Shown: piece after piece, positions 33,359 through 46,985 of the stretch
How the letters are laid out: each line of letters begins with the position of its first letter
Numbering within the stretch: position 1 is the first letter of the stretch
From: Rhizodiscina lignyota
Lineage: Eukaryota
Direction: 5' to 3'
Assembly (NCBI GenBank): GCA_010015805.1
Contig: ML978121.1
Span: forward strand, 2,356,001 to 2,420,000
DNA length: 64,000 bases
Notes under the pieces: model-generated
What the model was told of the DNA's origin: nothing
Seen by the model: only the letters and a program-made list of their open reading frames with translations
Databases searched by the model: none
Program-made: the position numbers and the translations under genes

Positions 33359-36300
33359 ATGGCAACTACAACAGTTGCCAAGCCCCCGCAGACTTTGCGC
33401 CAGAGGCGGGAGGCCCAGCGACCGAGCATTGCGCGCACGACTACCAGGGCAGGCACCACAGAAGCCATGGAACCGAATAACAGGAGTCTGCCAGAGCCAC
33501 TAGGTAAGGACAGCTTTGTATACTATCTTTCGCACTGAATGAGCTGACAATGGCTGCAGTTCGGGATCAGGACTACATCCTCCGCAAGTTCAGCGGCTGC
33601 CCACCCTCCCTCATCGTCCACCTACACCCCAACTTCTTCCGATTCGACCAGCAAGATGGCAGCTTCAGCTATAAGTCACCTCTCAGAGAATTCCTCGAGC
33701 ACGTCAAAGCGAAGACGGTACCGCACAATATGCTGGAGGAGCTTTTCTCAGGCAATGTGACATTCTACGATGACTGTCTCATCGTGCAAATCCACGACCA
33801 CAAGACCGGCGTGACTGCCCCATCTTCGACAGCATCGACCATGTCAGGTAATAACAAAAGCTCGCCGTTCTCGGTTCACAATTGGAATGAATACGTCACG
33901 CCATCACCTTACGTCCCCTTCCCAGATCGAACAGAGACAAAAGCACAGTCACAGTCCACGAAAGCGACACCTGAGAAGCCTGAGCCGTCATCAAATGGCA
34001 AGGAAGCGAACAAGGAAAACATGCCGGCTCCGGATCAACCGGCGTCTGGTCAAAAGAAGCCACAAAAGCCCAGGATCTTTACGACCGTTCTATTCCCCAC
34101 AGACAGAACAAGACTCGAAGAGCAGAGTATTTTGATGCGGACCCCGTATACCGATTCACGAGCGAACAAGCGTCAAGGTAGCATTCCCAATGGCAGTAGA
34201 GATGGAGCAACACCGACGATGCCTCACCCTCCGACTCCACTAGCTTCAGTCCCGTCCACGCCGCTCTTACCTAAAGGTCCCCCTGCAAAGCGACAGAAGA
34301 TGATTCTTGACGAGAGCAATGTACACGAGTTCGAGGCCGAGGTGCTCAGGCAAACTCAGCCTGTTCTCTATTTGAATCCCGCGAAGGACTTCCAGGAATC
34401 GCTAGATATTCTTGCCGCGTTGAAAGGCCCCATTCAGATTCCCACTCCTCCCGCACCAAGGGGCCGTAAGCGGACGACAGCCGAACTCGCTGCAGATGAA
34501 GCGCTAGCCGCAAATGAGGAGCGGTTCATGCTCACTTGTGATGACCGCGTTGTTCCTATCCTTGCTAATGCTGCTGGCGGAACAGGTAATGCAGCTTCAG
34601 AAGGCCAAGGGCCGACCAAGACATTCGAAGCTACATTCTCAAGATTCAAAACGCTGGAGAACATTAAGATGCGGCATGAGGAGCAAGAGAGGCAGAAGAA
34701 AGAGGATGAGGCAAGACAGAACTTGCTCAAGGTGCAGCAACGAGAGTCAGAAGCGGCAAGACGCAAAGTCGAATTGGAGCAGCAACAACAGCAGGAGGTG
34801 CAACAGAAGCAGAGACTTGCCCAGGAAGGGCGGCAACAAGCGCTGGCTGCGCAGCAGAACCAGAATCAAGAGCAAATGCGACTCATGCATCAAGCTCAAG
34901 CTCATGCGAAGGCGCAGCAAGCACAAGTTCAGATGGCCGCACAGCAGAATCAACACCAACACCCACAACATCCACAGATCTCGCAGGCTTCTTCAGGACC
35001 ACAGATGTCTCCAGTGATTCGGCAACAGACGCCAATGACGCAAAATTCATCTCCTGTCATCAATGGCAATCCTATGATGTCGCAACCAATGACAAGTGTC
35101 CCAATGGCAGCAACAGCCTCGAATCACGGTGGAAGTCAAGGCGCCGGAAGTCCAACTCGACCTGCCTCTGCGGTTTCCCATCATCCAGGAGGAGCACAAG
35201 TCGGTATGGCCCGCCAAATCAGCCAGCAACCGAGTCAACCTGCTCAAAGCGCGCACGGTACTCCCCAGATGAATCGCAGCACACCAAGTATGAACCAGGC
35301 TGTTCCTGCAACTGCTCAACGTATGACACCACAGCCGCGGATGAACCAGCAAGGCAGTCCTGCCACAGGCGTAGCACAAACTCCGGTAATGATGTCAACA
35401 CCTCAGATGCAGCAGGCGGTGATGGCTCAAGGAATGGCTCAAGGAATGTCGCAACAACAGCAGATGATGATGATGCAGCAAATGCGACAGCGGCAGCAAC
35501 AGATGCAAGCACAGCAGGCCGCTATGCACGGCTCTCCTCAGCCAGTCAACAACGACCACATGGCGCAAATCATGGCTCTGCAGAACCAGCAACGAAACGT
35601 ACAAGCCCAACAAGCTGCGATGATGGGCATGCCACCCGGACAGCAAATGGGTAATACGAACGCAGAATACCAGGCTCGCCTGCGACAGCAACAGATGGCG
35701 CAGATACAGCGCATGAGCCAACAACAAAATATGCAGAATGGTCATGCAATGTCAAACTCTCCCGGCGCCAACCAAATGGTCCCCCAGATGTCACAGCAAG
35801 GCCAGCAGATGGGTCAACAAATGAGCCACATGGGACAAAACAACATGCAGCAGAGGCCAGGAAGCCCACCAAACCCGCAGCAGCAACAGCACAATCAAAC
35901 CGACGTCATCCGTGAGCGAATTGCGGCAGAGTGGAAGCAGCGAATGACGGCAGAGGTTAACAAAGCGCGCCAACAGGGAGCCACTGACCATCAATGTCAG
36001 CAAATTGCCAACAGGTACCAGGCAAACTTTGGGAAGTACTATCAAGAGCGCTTGACGCAGATCATGAACCAGCGGCGCATGCAGGCCGCGAGGCAGATGG
36101 GTGGCGCCAACATGGGGCAGGGGATGAATGGCATGCAGAACATGATGGGCAATGGTATGCAGCAGAACGGCATGGCTGGCCAGGGCCAAGGGACTCCGAA
36201 CGGCGTCGATCCCAACTATGTGGCTCAGCTGCAGCAGCAACAGCGTCTGATGGCCGCGAGGCAGGCGGCCCAGGCCCAGCAGCAGGCGGCGCAGATGCAG

Positions 36301-36399
36301 CAAATGCAGGGCATGCAGATGGGCTTCAATGGCATGGGGAACATGAATGGCATGCAAATGAACATGAACAACATGGGTATGGGCGGACGGATGCAGTAA
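33359..36399 (+). CDS. SPT20: SAGA complex subunit Spt20 with Gln/Met/Asn/Gly-rich C-terminal half; 2 exons (33359-33503, 33560-36399)
   Basis: YILRKF...PPSLIVHLHPNFFRFDQQDGSFSYKSP...FYDDCLIVQIHDH (Spt20 domain); intron GTAAGG...GCTGAC...GCAG. Confidence 0.9.
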
Positions 36400-37817
36400 T
36401 TTTTTTTCCTCAAAGACCTGGCTTCGGGAATCGGGAGTATGGATTGTTTGGGACTACCACGCATTGAGAGTTGCCTTTTCGGCGGTTGGGTTTGTACCTC
36501 AGGACTGCTTTGTTTCACTTTGGGACGGATTCTCACGACATTGGCCTTCACGGTAATATCCGGTCACACAGCATTTGGGCGGGCGTTTTTCACAATTTTT
36601 GTCATTGGCTTTTTGCCACTGCGTTGAGACAGTTCTGATCTCCACAACGGCTCCTTTGCCAGCCTTTCTCAATGAGGTCAAGATGGCGCGATGTAATTAC
36701 TACAATTGAAGTCGCTGTCATATGAGCAAAATCGTCTAAGCACTTAAATCTCGCGTGCATCTAAATAGTGCTCCCGAAGTCCAGCGAAGTCGTTCGGATG
36801 TTCCGCGTGAGCAGTGTGGTTCACGCTAGGCGCTGCTCGCGGATAGAAAGCCGTGTGTTCCTGGCCGGAAACATGACGGTGATTGCAGGAAATGTTGGAG
36901 CCGAGTCCCAGGATGTATTCCAGCGAGTACTGCCAAGCACCAAACTTTAAGCCTACGTGCATAGCCGCACGTGGAAAAGCGGGCTTTGTAGTTGAATGTA
37001 GCTAAGTCCGGCTGGTTGGTGGCTGGGCCAAGACCGCCTAAGACCGACAAGCAACGCCATAGAGTCGGCGTCTTACTCTTACCGGAAGATTTCATCTGAA
37101 ATGTTTTTTGATCACGCCTTGGTCGCTTCATACACTTGTGGCCACTGTGGGTCACCGATAGATTCGGCTGTCTGCGGCATTTGGAATCTGGCTCGTACGA
37201 GGGGTGAGACTCTGGAGAAGCTGGAGATGTCGGACTCCGCGAGCCAAGAACTCGGGCGGATTTGCGGAGGGTTTCGAAAGAATTGCGACGTACCCGCAGA
37301 TGTCTTGGTCTTGAACGCATACTGAACATGGCATTGGAACTCAATCTAACAGGCCTGCCGATCACATAGATATACTTCAGCGCCGTCGCCGTCGCTCCCG
37401 TTGTCTATGTATGTACAGGCGTCCCAGGAGATCTCCCTGCAGGACCGGGATTGCACCACGTTTTGTCAGCGCGAATCTGACATCTAGAACGCACAATTGG
37501 ACAAAACACGAAAAGGGATTTGCGGGGAATCTGGAGAGGACGTGATTTCCGGGGAGCTAAAGTGGTCATCGGCGGCAGCCATCCGATGGAAGTTCAACAT
37601 CCACGGACCTGCCGTCCTTGCGAGCTCCTGGACTCCTGGATGCCGTGACCAATTCTGGAGGCGCCGTCTTTTTCCAGTATCCACTGTATTGGGAGCGCAT
37701 ATATGGCTGTTTGACCCCCCTTCTCTTACAATTTCTCCTCTGTGAGCCTGTTCCCGTTCACATCTCCCATCCATCCTCTCCATTTTCCTTGGCTCAGATC
37801 TCCTATACCCAGCAACG

Positions 37818-39513
37818 ATGGACGAGAAAAGGATTGAAGCAACCCATCCGGGAGAGCCGGAGGTTGCTCCGACTCCAGACTCGCGCGATATTCCCATTGA
37901 GATTTCGCCGGACAAGCTGGAATCTCTCCAGGTTGAGAACCTCGATCTCTCGGAGAAGCCGCTGCCGACCATTGAATTCACGGAGAAGGAGAAGAATGCC
38001 GTGATCAGGAAGCTTGACTGGCGCTTGATGCCTCTTATCTTCGTCCTGTACTCCCTCTCTGTGCTCGATCGGTCGAATCTTGGAAACGCTCGCCTGGCGG
38101 GACTCGTCCAGGATATCGATCTTACTGGCCGGAGATATGATTGGCTCGCAACTGTGTTCTACATCGCCTGTGAGTCCCTTGATCAATCGAGGTATCCCAT
38201 GAGTAGGCTGCTGATACAACAACAGATATCCTGTCACAATGGATGACGATCGGTTGGAAGGCATTCAAGCCGCACCACTGGGCCGCCTTCGCCGTTTTCG
38301 TCTGGGGCTTTGTTTCCACTATCCAGGCTGCCGTGACCAGCTGGGCCGGCTTGATGACCTGCAGAGTGTTCCTCGGTATCATCGAGGCTTGCTACGGTCC
38401 CGGTGTTCCGCTCTATCTGTCCTACTTTTACCCACGTGAGAGACTCGGATTTCGTGTCGGCTTCTTCCTGAGTGGTTCGGCACTCGCCAACGCCTATGGT
38501 GGCGCCCTCGCGTACGGTATCTCGCAAGCACGTGGTAGCATTGCGCCCTGGCAGATTCTGTTCATTGTGGAGGGCGTGCCGACTTGTGTCCTGGCAGTCT
38601 TCGCGTTCTTCTGGTTACCGGATTCACCCGAAACTTGCACTTTCTTGTCTGAGCGTGAGCGCGAAATCGCGATTGCAATCTCTCAACAGCAGCCTGGTGA
38701 TAGATCTGGCAAGAAGGGTCTGGACTCAAAGCAGCTGTTGGCATCGTTGATGGATCCCCGATGTAAGTCCCAACATATTGTCCGAATGAGACCAATTGCT
38801 AACAGAGCATAGCCTACCTCCCAGGTCTTTGCTACTTCGGGGCCAACATCTGCTTCGCTTCGCTGCCCCTCTTCGTCCCAACCATCATTTCGCAGATGGG
38901 TGCCTTCACGTCAATCCAGTCGCAAGGTCTCAGCGCTCCGCCATATCTGCTTACGTTCTTTGTCATCTGCTTCATCGCATGGGTATCAGACAAAGTCAAC
39001 TTCCGTGGACCTTTCGTCGCCGGCTTCGGCCTCGTTGGTGCCGTTGGCTACATTATTCTGGGCACGACTACTGGTGTTGGGCCCCGCTACTTCGGACTGT
39101 TCTTGGCTGCGATGATTTTCACATCCGTGGCGCAGCTGTTAGTCTGGGTGGGAAATACGCATGCCACAGACTCGAAGCGTGCAGGTGGTCTTGCGATTCT
39201 CGCAACCTTCGGCCAGTGTGGACCAGTCTTGGGGTGAGTTCGTCCCAATTGGAGTTGATTGATAAATTACTGACGAGAGTCCAGAACGAACGTATTCCCG
39301 ACCACTGATGCGCCATATTATAGGAAGGGCATGTGGGTCTCTTGCGGTGGTTGTTTGATTGTCTTCGTGTGCGGTACAATCCAGAGCATCTGTTTGTATC
39401 TGGAGAATAGGCACCTAGACAAGAAGTACGGGAAGGTCGAGAAGGGCGCGGCGCAGCATTTCGAGGTCACGACGAAGGATGGAACCGATCCTCGGTTTAG
39501 ATATGTGATCTGA
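37818..39513 (+). CDS. MFS transporter, anion:cation symporter (Dal5/Tna1-like) family; 4 exons
   Basis: IRKLDWRLMP, LDRSNLGNARLAG, YLSYFYPRERLGFR, WQILFIVEG, LPDSPE and C-terminal FRYVI motifs; introns at about 38170-38225, 38763-38812 and 39234-39284. Confidence 0.93.
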
Positions 39514-41119
39514 TCTGATTGTCAGAGACCCGCCACATCTGGTCCGCTGGCATCCGACGGTAATAGACACTCATATGAAATATGACATGAGATTACATGT
39601 TTAAGATATCCCAATGGTATATCCCGTGCAAGAGAGGCCCGATAAGTACTTCAGAAGTCGTTTGTGAATTCATTCTTATCGTTGGATGTGAATTTCTTGA
39701 ACCAAGGATGACGACCCAGCCAATCAACGCTTGTCCCACCTCTTTGGTATACATTTGTTACGAAAAGGAAAAGAAGAAGGGCGGTGGCACGTGCAAGAAG
39801 GATCTCGAACGTCTTACCTGGCTGACAACATGCTGAGTTGCGCGAAATCCTTCCAGTCATATTTCTTCTTCTCTGAATATAAGCCATTCACTTCCCCATT
39901 GTTTCGGGATGAACAATTGAGCCGCCTTCGATGATGGAGTAATTTCTGTCCGCGCAATTGTCAGCCTATGGAAGTGGGAAAGGATCACATGCTGATCTTG
40001 CCTCTCTCGGCTATCGTATCATATCGTACAAGCGACTCATAATCTGATTGAACGTGCTCAAAGAGCGAAGAAAAGGACGTGATCATAAAGGTGGTTCGTG
40101 AATATCTCTACAGGTAAAGAAGGTGAGTAACACGGTAGACGTTACCCTGTTACAGTCATACACGCATAGTGGAGAGCAACGGAAACGGGCATAAGTCTTG
40201 GCCGGGGAAAGGCCGGGGACAGCGAGCAGATCGTGTAGTGCAGACCACGGTAGTCTTGATAGAGCAAGGAGCTTGGTGCTAACTCATCTCAATGGTCTCT
40301 TCTAGTTGATACCGTATACGAGGATCATTTCCTTTAGTCGTATCCAACTTCGTACCGACCTGTGTTTCGTCCCGTCGTCTTCGGCCGCCGCAGGCTGCCG
40401 CGTGATTTCAGCATCTTTCGTGCGTAAGGGCTTCAGCCCCTCGAGACTCCCATGTCATGAAACATATCATTGGGGATTCACCATGCGCCGCTAACTTTAA
40501 GTTGCGTATATCGATGAGTGGTACGGATACTTAGCTTTTAGGCCTGCGCGTCACGCCCATAAGGCTGAGAGAAGTCTTCAGCTTGCACCTACTTCAACTG
40601 AGCCCTCAGCTCTTTCGCTAACGCAATTGCTACGGTGAGCTAAGGTTATTCGCGAATTGGCATCTGCCTTGGGCATATTTCGGCGACTATTTCTCTTCTT
40701 AAATATCAGAACCGAGCCCGCCTTCCCTCAGAGTTCCAGTCCTTCCAGTTGATTACCCGAGCAATCGGTCGATGATACTCTGCCTCTCAAAGTCTCCGTA
40801 CTCTGTAACCTATTTCACAACTTCACTTTTACTACCCTAAGCTGGCTATCAGAGTGGCTGAATTGGAATCTCCTAGCAAAAATTTCTGTCTGACTGTATC
40901 TCGAGCATTTCCGACCCCTCCGACAGCTCTACACATAGCTTGTGAGCCACGTCCACTGAGACAGGTTGATTAAAGCCAATTTCGAAGCTAGGCCTCGCAG
41001 AAATTCGGCCACATCCTTTGCTGTTTATACGCTAGTCCTAGCGTCAAGCCGGACACTGGGTCGCCCAAACGCTGTGTTGATCGCTTCGAAACCACTGTCA
41101 GGGACCGACCACAGCAATC

Positions 41120-43726
41120 ATGTCGAATCAGAACAACTCCAAGGACTTCAAAGTCTTAATAGCAGGAGCTGGAATTGCCGGCCTTACTCTTGCGAATTGT
41201 CTGGAGCTTGCCGGAATCGACTATCTTCTACTCGAAGCAAAAGACGTCATTGCGCCGACGCTTGGTGCTGGCGTCGCCCTCGGCGCGATGTCACTCCCAG
41301 TTCTCGATCAGATTGGAGTCATTGATGAATTCCACAACCTGACTATATCGGCGTCTTACATGACAATCCATAGCGGGGACGGCAGCGTCAATATGCATTA
41401 TGACACATTGCGGCTTGGCGAGATTAGGTTAGAATAAGGGTGCCTCCCGTTCTTTATTGAAAGCTAACGCAACAATAGAACTGGATATCGGAGAGGTTTC
41501 TTGGAGGGTGGCGAGGTCCTCAAGATGTTGCATGACCAAATTCCAAATAAGGAGCAGAAGGTGCTCAGGAACAAGCAAATCTCAAAGGTAGCTCATACCA
41601 AGGACGGTGTTACTGTCCACTGCACCGATGGCTCAACCTACGATGCAGACCTCATAGCAGGCACAGATGGAGTCCACAGCAAAGTGCGTGCAGAAATGTG
41701 GAGATCCGCAAACGAGCAAGAGCCTGGCGCCATACCTGAGTCGGACCAGAAGCTTCTTACCGCCACATTCAACACCATGTACGGCGTCTGCACGCCAATT
41801 GAAGGGCTTGACTCTTCCTCGTTTCACTTTATATTCTCTCAGGGACTGGCGATATTATACGCGGTGGCACAGAACGACCGTGCTTTTTTCGGCGTCTGGA
41901 AGAAGATGGACAAGAAGTACGAAGTTGGATCAAAGCGATATTCGTCCGACGATGCCGACAGGTACGCTAAAGAGATTGGTGACACGCCATTGCTGCCAAA
42001 TGGAGCCATGAAGTTCCGGGATATATACAAGCACGCCACTCATCTAGCGCTTGTGCCAACAGAAGAGGGAATACACGAGCACTGCATCTGGGGTCGATTC
42101 GCAATGCTCGGTGATAGTGTCCACAAGGTGACACCATCCAATGGCGAAGGCGCAAATATCGCAATCACTTCTGCCGCAGCGTTAACGAACACGTTGAAGG
42201 AATTGCTGGAGAGATCCAAAGGCCGAAAGCCGACTTACGATGAATTAAAGAAGGCTCTTAAGGAAGAGTATATGGATCCTCGACAAGAGAAAATTGCGTC
42301 AATCGTCGGGCAGGCGAACCAGCACACTAGAGTGATCACCAGGGACAATTTTATCATCAGATTCTTGTTGGATTATATCATGCCGAATTACGGACCAGAC
42401 GGCGGCTTCGAGCGAATAATGGACATGGAAATCGCGCCTGACATTCTCAACTTTGTACCTGTACCTGAGCGCGCGATAAATGGTACGATGGGTTACAACA
42501 AACTGCTGGGCGCCGGCAACAATCCAGACAAAGCAGCAGGAAACAGGTGGCTTCTCGCACTTCCGTTTATTGGGCTTATGGTCCTTGCTGTTGGCAGAAT
42601 GGATCCCACAAATGCGCTTGGCGAAATCATGGGTACTCTTCAAAAAGGTTCCGTCGAATGGAGTTCCGGATCCATTCCTGTCTACGACTCATTCTTCGGT
42701 ATCAAGGCGGTCGATGACTTCGTTAAAGTTGTAACAACCTTCTTCGCGCCCTGGACGCTCGGTTATGACCAGATTGGCTCCTGGCAGGCTCTGCAATTCC
42801 TTGTCGACGTTGCCCCTCTCTACGCAATCATGCTGTTCGAATCCAATCGACGCGGCAACGTCTTCACACCTCTCAGAATTCCTGTGCTCTTTGCACTTGC
42901 CGCTCAGTACCTGGGCGCTGGCTTCGTTTTCCAGCTTTACTACTTCTTCGCCTACGCTATGTCTCCTCTCAGGAAGTACAACGCTGCGGACAATCGACTC
43001 ACGGACCTGCAGTACACGAAAACTGTCCTCCCAGCGGTTGTCCTCGGCTTTTACCTACCGACGTACCTCTCCCTTGCAGTGCCAACAAACATTGGCCCGT
43101 TTAGTATCGGACCCTTTACCTTTGGACCAACATCGCTCGAGACACGTTACTGGTGGAGCTACGTGTGGCAGCTCTTCCCGGTATGGGTCTGGGCTATCCA
43201 GAAATTCCTCGCATGGGGCTTCGTCAACGACACGGTGCGCTGGGATCGCCTATATGCTCCAAAGCGCGATCTCCCATTCATCCGCACGACTGTCTACGGC
43301 TTTTCCGCCGTCTCAGCAGCAATGTGGTGGTACAATCTGACCCAATGTCCATTTTCGCTGTACGACGTCTACGTGCCGGTCTGGACTCCACCCGCCGACT
43401 TCATCCAGAATATTGATAATTTCATGAAGTGGGACTACATCCTCATCTACACCGGTTGTTTCCTCTGGCTTGCGCTGCTGTTCCGTGATCTCAAGACCTG
43501 GGAGATGCTGAGGGCTAGTTGGTTGAGCCTCATCCTCACAGCTGCGGTGACGATTGCGGCGACTGGTCCTGGCGGAGCAGCGGCACTGGCGTGGTTATGG
43601 CGCGAGGAGACGATGGCGAGCGAGAAGATGAAGGGAACTTTGACCAAGGATGGATGGAAGGGCGTTGAGGGCGGTGAGATAAGACCGAGCTCTGTAAATG
43701 GGAAGGTTAATGATCGGAAGAAGTGA
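41120..43726 (+). CDS. FAD-dependent monooxygenase (PaxM-like epoxidase type) fused to a C-terminal multi-TM domain; 2 exons (41120-41427, 41479-43726)
   Basis: VLIAGAGIAGL (Rossmann), GTDGVHSKVR (DG) and LGDSVHKVTP (GD) fingerprints; about 390-aa hydrophobic tail with WQLFPVW and FMKWDY; intron GTTAGA...GCTAAC...ATAG. Confidence 0.92.
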
Positions 43727-44059
43727 GCGTTGGTTTGGGCAGGAGACTACGATGGCTCCTTCATGGGAGTACCGCAAACCTCCGAGGGTATAAATCGAAC
43801 ATGCGCAAAGCTTGGTGATAATACCGAACTCCCCTCAGATAACAAGATGATGAACTTAGTTTCTTCCGGTAATTGATTATTACTACATAATCTGCAAAGA
43901 CAGATTCAGTGCTTCCAGCAAGTTCGGGCTTCAGAACGTGCACTTGCCACGCCTTTCAGAGTTATTCGCACAGGATATCCGCTTGAAAAAAAAAGACCCC
44001 CTTCGCCATAATGAAAGTGAACAGTGTGTTCCGAATGTCCCTCCTACGAGCCCGAGGCT

Positions 44060-45676
44060 TCAATTACCAAACAACTCCGCCTTGCAACTCGGATCTACCA
44101 TCTCGAGCAACTCCAGCTCAAACTTTCCCAGCTCATCCTCCACCATCACCTTTCCTTGGCCATCCGCAGCCTTGCCCACATACGTCCACTTGACGCCATC
44201 TTCTTCTACCGCTCCATCCTCACTGCTTCTGAATTTCGACGCAGAACTCGTCTGCAACGCCCACTCCCCTAATGCTTTACACTGATACGCCGCCTTCCCA
44301 TCCGCATTCTTCCCACCCAGCTTATACCTCGCCCTGACACTCGCATGCACCATCTCATTCGTGTGCTGCAGCATCTCGCCCTCGATCGGCATTCCCGTCT
44401 TGTAGTCCGTGCGGTGGTACCTATCGGGCGTGCGCATGACGCTGCCGAGCCATTTGTAGAGGGTGGTGAGGGAGTTGTAGATGGGGCCGCAGCCCCAGCG
44501 GGGGGAGGTGATCTTTTGGGATTGGTTGTACGCGCGGTTGAGCGCGGTTTGGGTGGAGAGGTAGTTGCGGTCGAAGGAAATCCATTGCGAGAGGTTGGAC
44601 ATCATCCAGGCGAGGGAGATGTCTGCTACGCTCTGAGGAGAGGGTTAGCTTCAAGGTCATTTGACAGAGTATGAGCGCAATGGCTTACTGTATCCGGGCT
44701 GCCGCTGCCACCGCCGATGTTGCTGTGTGAACCGGCAAACCAGACCTGCTTAAGCTTCTAATCGAACACATTAGTACCGTATCATGAACCGGTCTAGCAG
44801 CTCGCTCACCGTTTGGCACCCATCACGCCGCTCCCAGACTGCAGGCGTGAATGCAGACCTGTGCTCATCAAGAGCAAGAGCCTGAAAGGCGTATTGAATA
44901 TGGTTATCAAGCGTAGTGTCATAGAACTGATACTCCTGAAACGCAGTCTTGCCGAACAAATTCTGGAGCCAGGGATGAATCGGCATGCCCAAAGCACCTA
45001 CTGTGTCCCAAACACCGATTGCCGTGATTTCCACTTCTTGGGCAAGGCCGCAGTTCAGCAACTCTAGACGATAGGAATCAAGATAGCTCTGGAGCTTGGC
45101 CGGGTCAGCTTTCAGAGTGAAGTCTTTGTTGACGATAGGTAGTTTCGGCTTGTATCCAGCGACTCCCGCATTTTCGTAGTCGGAGAAGCAGTCATAGAAG
45201 TTCCGCATGCCGTCCTTCGTCAGCAGACCAATGCTGCCAAGCATGCCACCAATGCTACGCGCTGTGAACGCGCCTCTCGAGAAGCCCACAAGGAAAATAG
45301 AGTCGCCGTCCATGTAATTGTTGGCGAGGAAGCCGTACGCCTCTCGAATGTTCTCTGAGAGTCCGGCGCCGGTCGCACCAGCGTAGAGATGGTCGAGCAT
45401 TGATATGGAGGTGCTGCCGACTCCTGCTTGATAGTAGACAACTTGAGCTTTGTGGTTCTCATCCTCTGGCAATGTGGCGCGGGTGAGATGCGTCACGTTT
45501 GACGGAGATTGGAGGCTGCCGTTCGAGAACATGCCGCCCTTCTCAAAGCCATTATCGCTGTTATCCCAGGTGCCTAGTCGCGTTAGTATCAAGAATACGA
45601 TGGCTTCAGATGACATTGGATTACCATCGCAACAGATGATGATCTTTTTGGACTGGTGTTCCAAAGCAGGCGCCAT
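44060..45676 (-). CDS. DUF2235 (T6SS Tle1-like alpha/beta hydrolase) domain protein; multi-exon
   Basis: KKIIICCDG|TW, SNV, YYQAGVG, LVGFSRGAFTARS (GxSxG), IGVWDTVGALG, QALALDEHRSAF and QVWFAGSHSNIGGG motifs; introns near 45575-45623, 44758-44809 and 44634-44688. Confidence 0.9.
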
Positions 45677-46985
45677 TACGGAAGAGGCGAATCTGCGGAG
45701 CAGGTTGTTTTGTAAATAGAAATCTGAAGGCAGAACTATAAGGACGCCGGAGGTCTAGAAACTGGGTTGGCGTTTTAGAACGAAACGGAATTAGAGAAGA
45801 GAGTCAAGAGTCAAGAGGAACGAGAAGGTATGAGTTACGGGTAAAGAAAATCAAAGGAACTTAGTAGGCAACAAGCACCTGGAGTGAGATTATGAGCAAA
45901 GGCTCCGGTAACAGCCGCTGAGACACATATTCATATTTATTGTGTTGAAAGTGCAATTGCCTTGAGAGCTCCTTCCAACTGGTGAAAGGCTGTGTGTGAC
46001 ATCCATTTCACAACGTGCCCATGTGAGTGAACAGAGGCTGAGGCTGGTGACCAACCATGTCGAGTCGCACTCACACACCAAGCTGCTCAGCCTAAATATT
46101 TGTAGAATAATATGATGACCAGTCTGGGGGAGTGTTTGCGCGGCCATTGCTGAAGTTTGGGATGCAATCAATCATTCGTTGCACAAACTGGGGCACGTAG
46201 GGCGCCGTGCCTTGGCTTGACAGGCAAATAAAGAACTCCTGCAGGTACTTCAAGCACTTGAAGTGAACTGAACGTCACAAGTACAGTTCAATTCAAGGCT
46301 CTGTCTGTACGGGTCATCATAGTTCCCTTTTAGGAACCAGGAAGGCGCTTCATATTAGCCCCCATTTGCCTCTGCTATAGAAGGAACAGGTCCACTCTAC
46401 AGCAACAGTCTCCTCGTGGCAGTTCACGTAGACGTTCGAGTTGTTCCAGAAATGGCCTACAGTTTCAGCTCGTACAGGCCAAAAAGTTTCCCCAGGGCTT
46501 GGTATAAGGTTGTGTGCCAGACAATGTCCTCGTGAGCCCTCTCCGCACTTCGAAATGGCCAATCGTCATGTCTTGCACAGCACCAGGTCGCTGTCCAAGG
46601 CATGGTATGGCTAGAACACAAGGGAGTAAGCGAGCATTTCCAGGAAGCCGTGGCCTTCGTTTCCATTTCGCTCCGGTCCGCTGGAAAGAGACGGTGATGC
46701 ACTGATGTCTGGCTGCGTTTTGGTGGTGAAAGGGGATGTACAGATGCGCTTATGTAATTAACGCCGCCGCTCAAAGAACACCTATGCGGAAAGCAGTAAG
46801 CTGCAGTGTCTAAATTTAAATTTCAACACCCACTGACTTCATCTCCATCTTTCGAACAAGTGCGTAATAACTCTCCGAAGTCGCCATAGCAACTGGACAC
46901 GTTCAGAAAATTCACGGGCGAAATTCCCCTCTGACACTGCGGAAGCTCTCCAAAAGACTGAGCTGCGGTCGCAGCAACCTCGAAA

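Noticed and set aside
35994..36467. Alternative-frame and antisense ORFs over the Spt20 Q-rich tail
   Set aside because: Artefacts of CAG/ATG-rich codon usage.
36744..37365. Small ORFs between SPT20 and the MFS gene
   Set aside because: No recognisable motif or coherent exon structure.
37818..45676. MFS + FMO + DUF2235 as a secondary-metabolite cluster
   Set aside because: No backbone enzyme or pathway regulator; the transporter is an uptake-type ACS family member.
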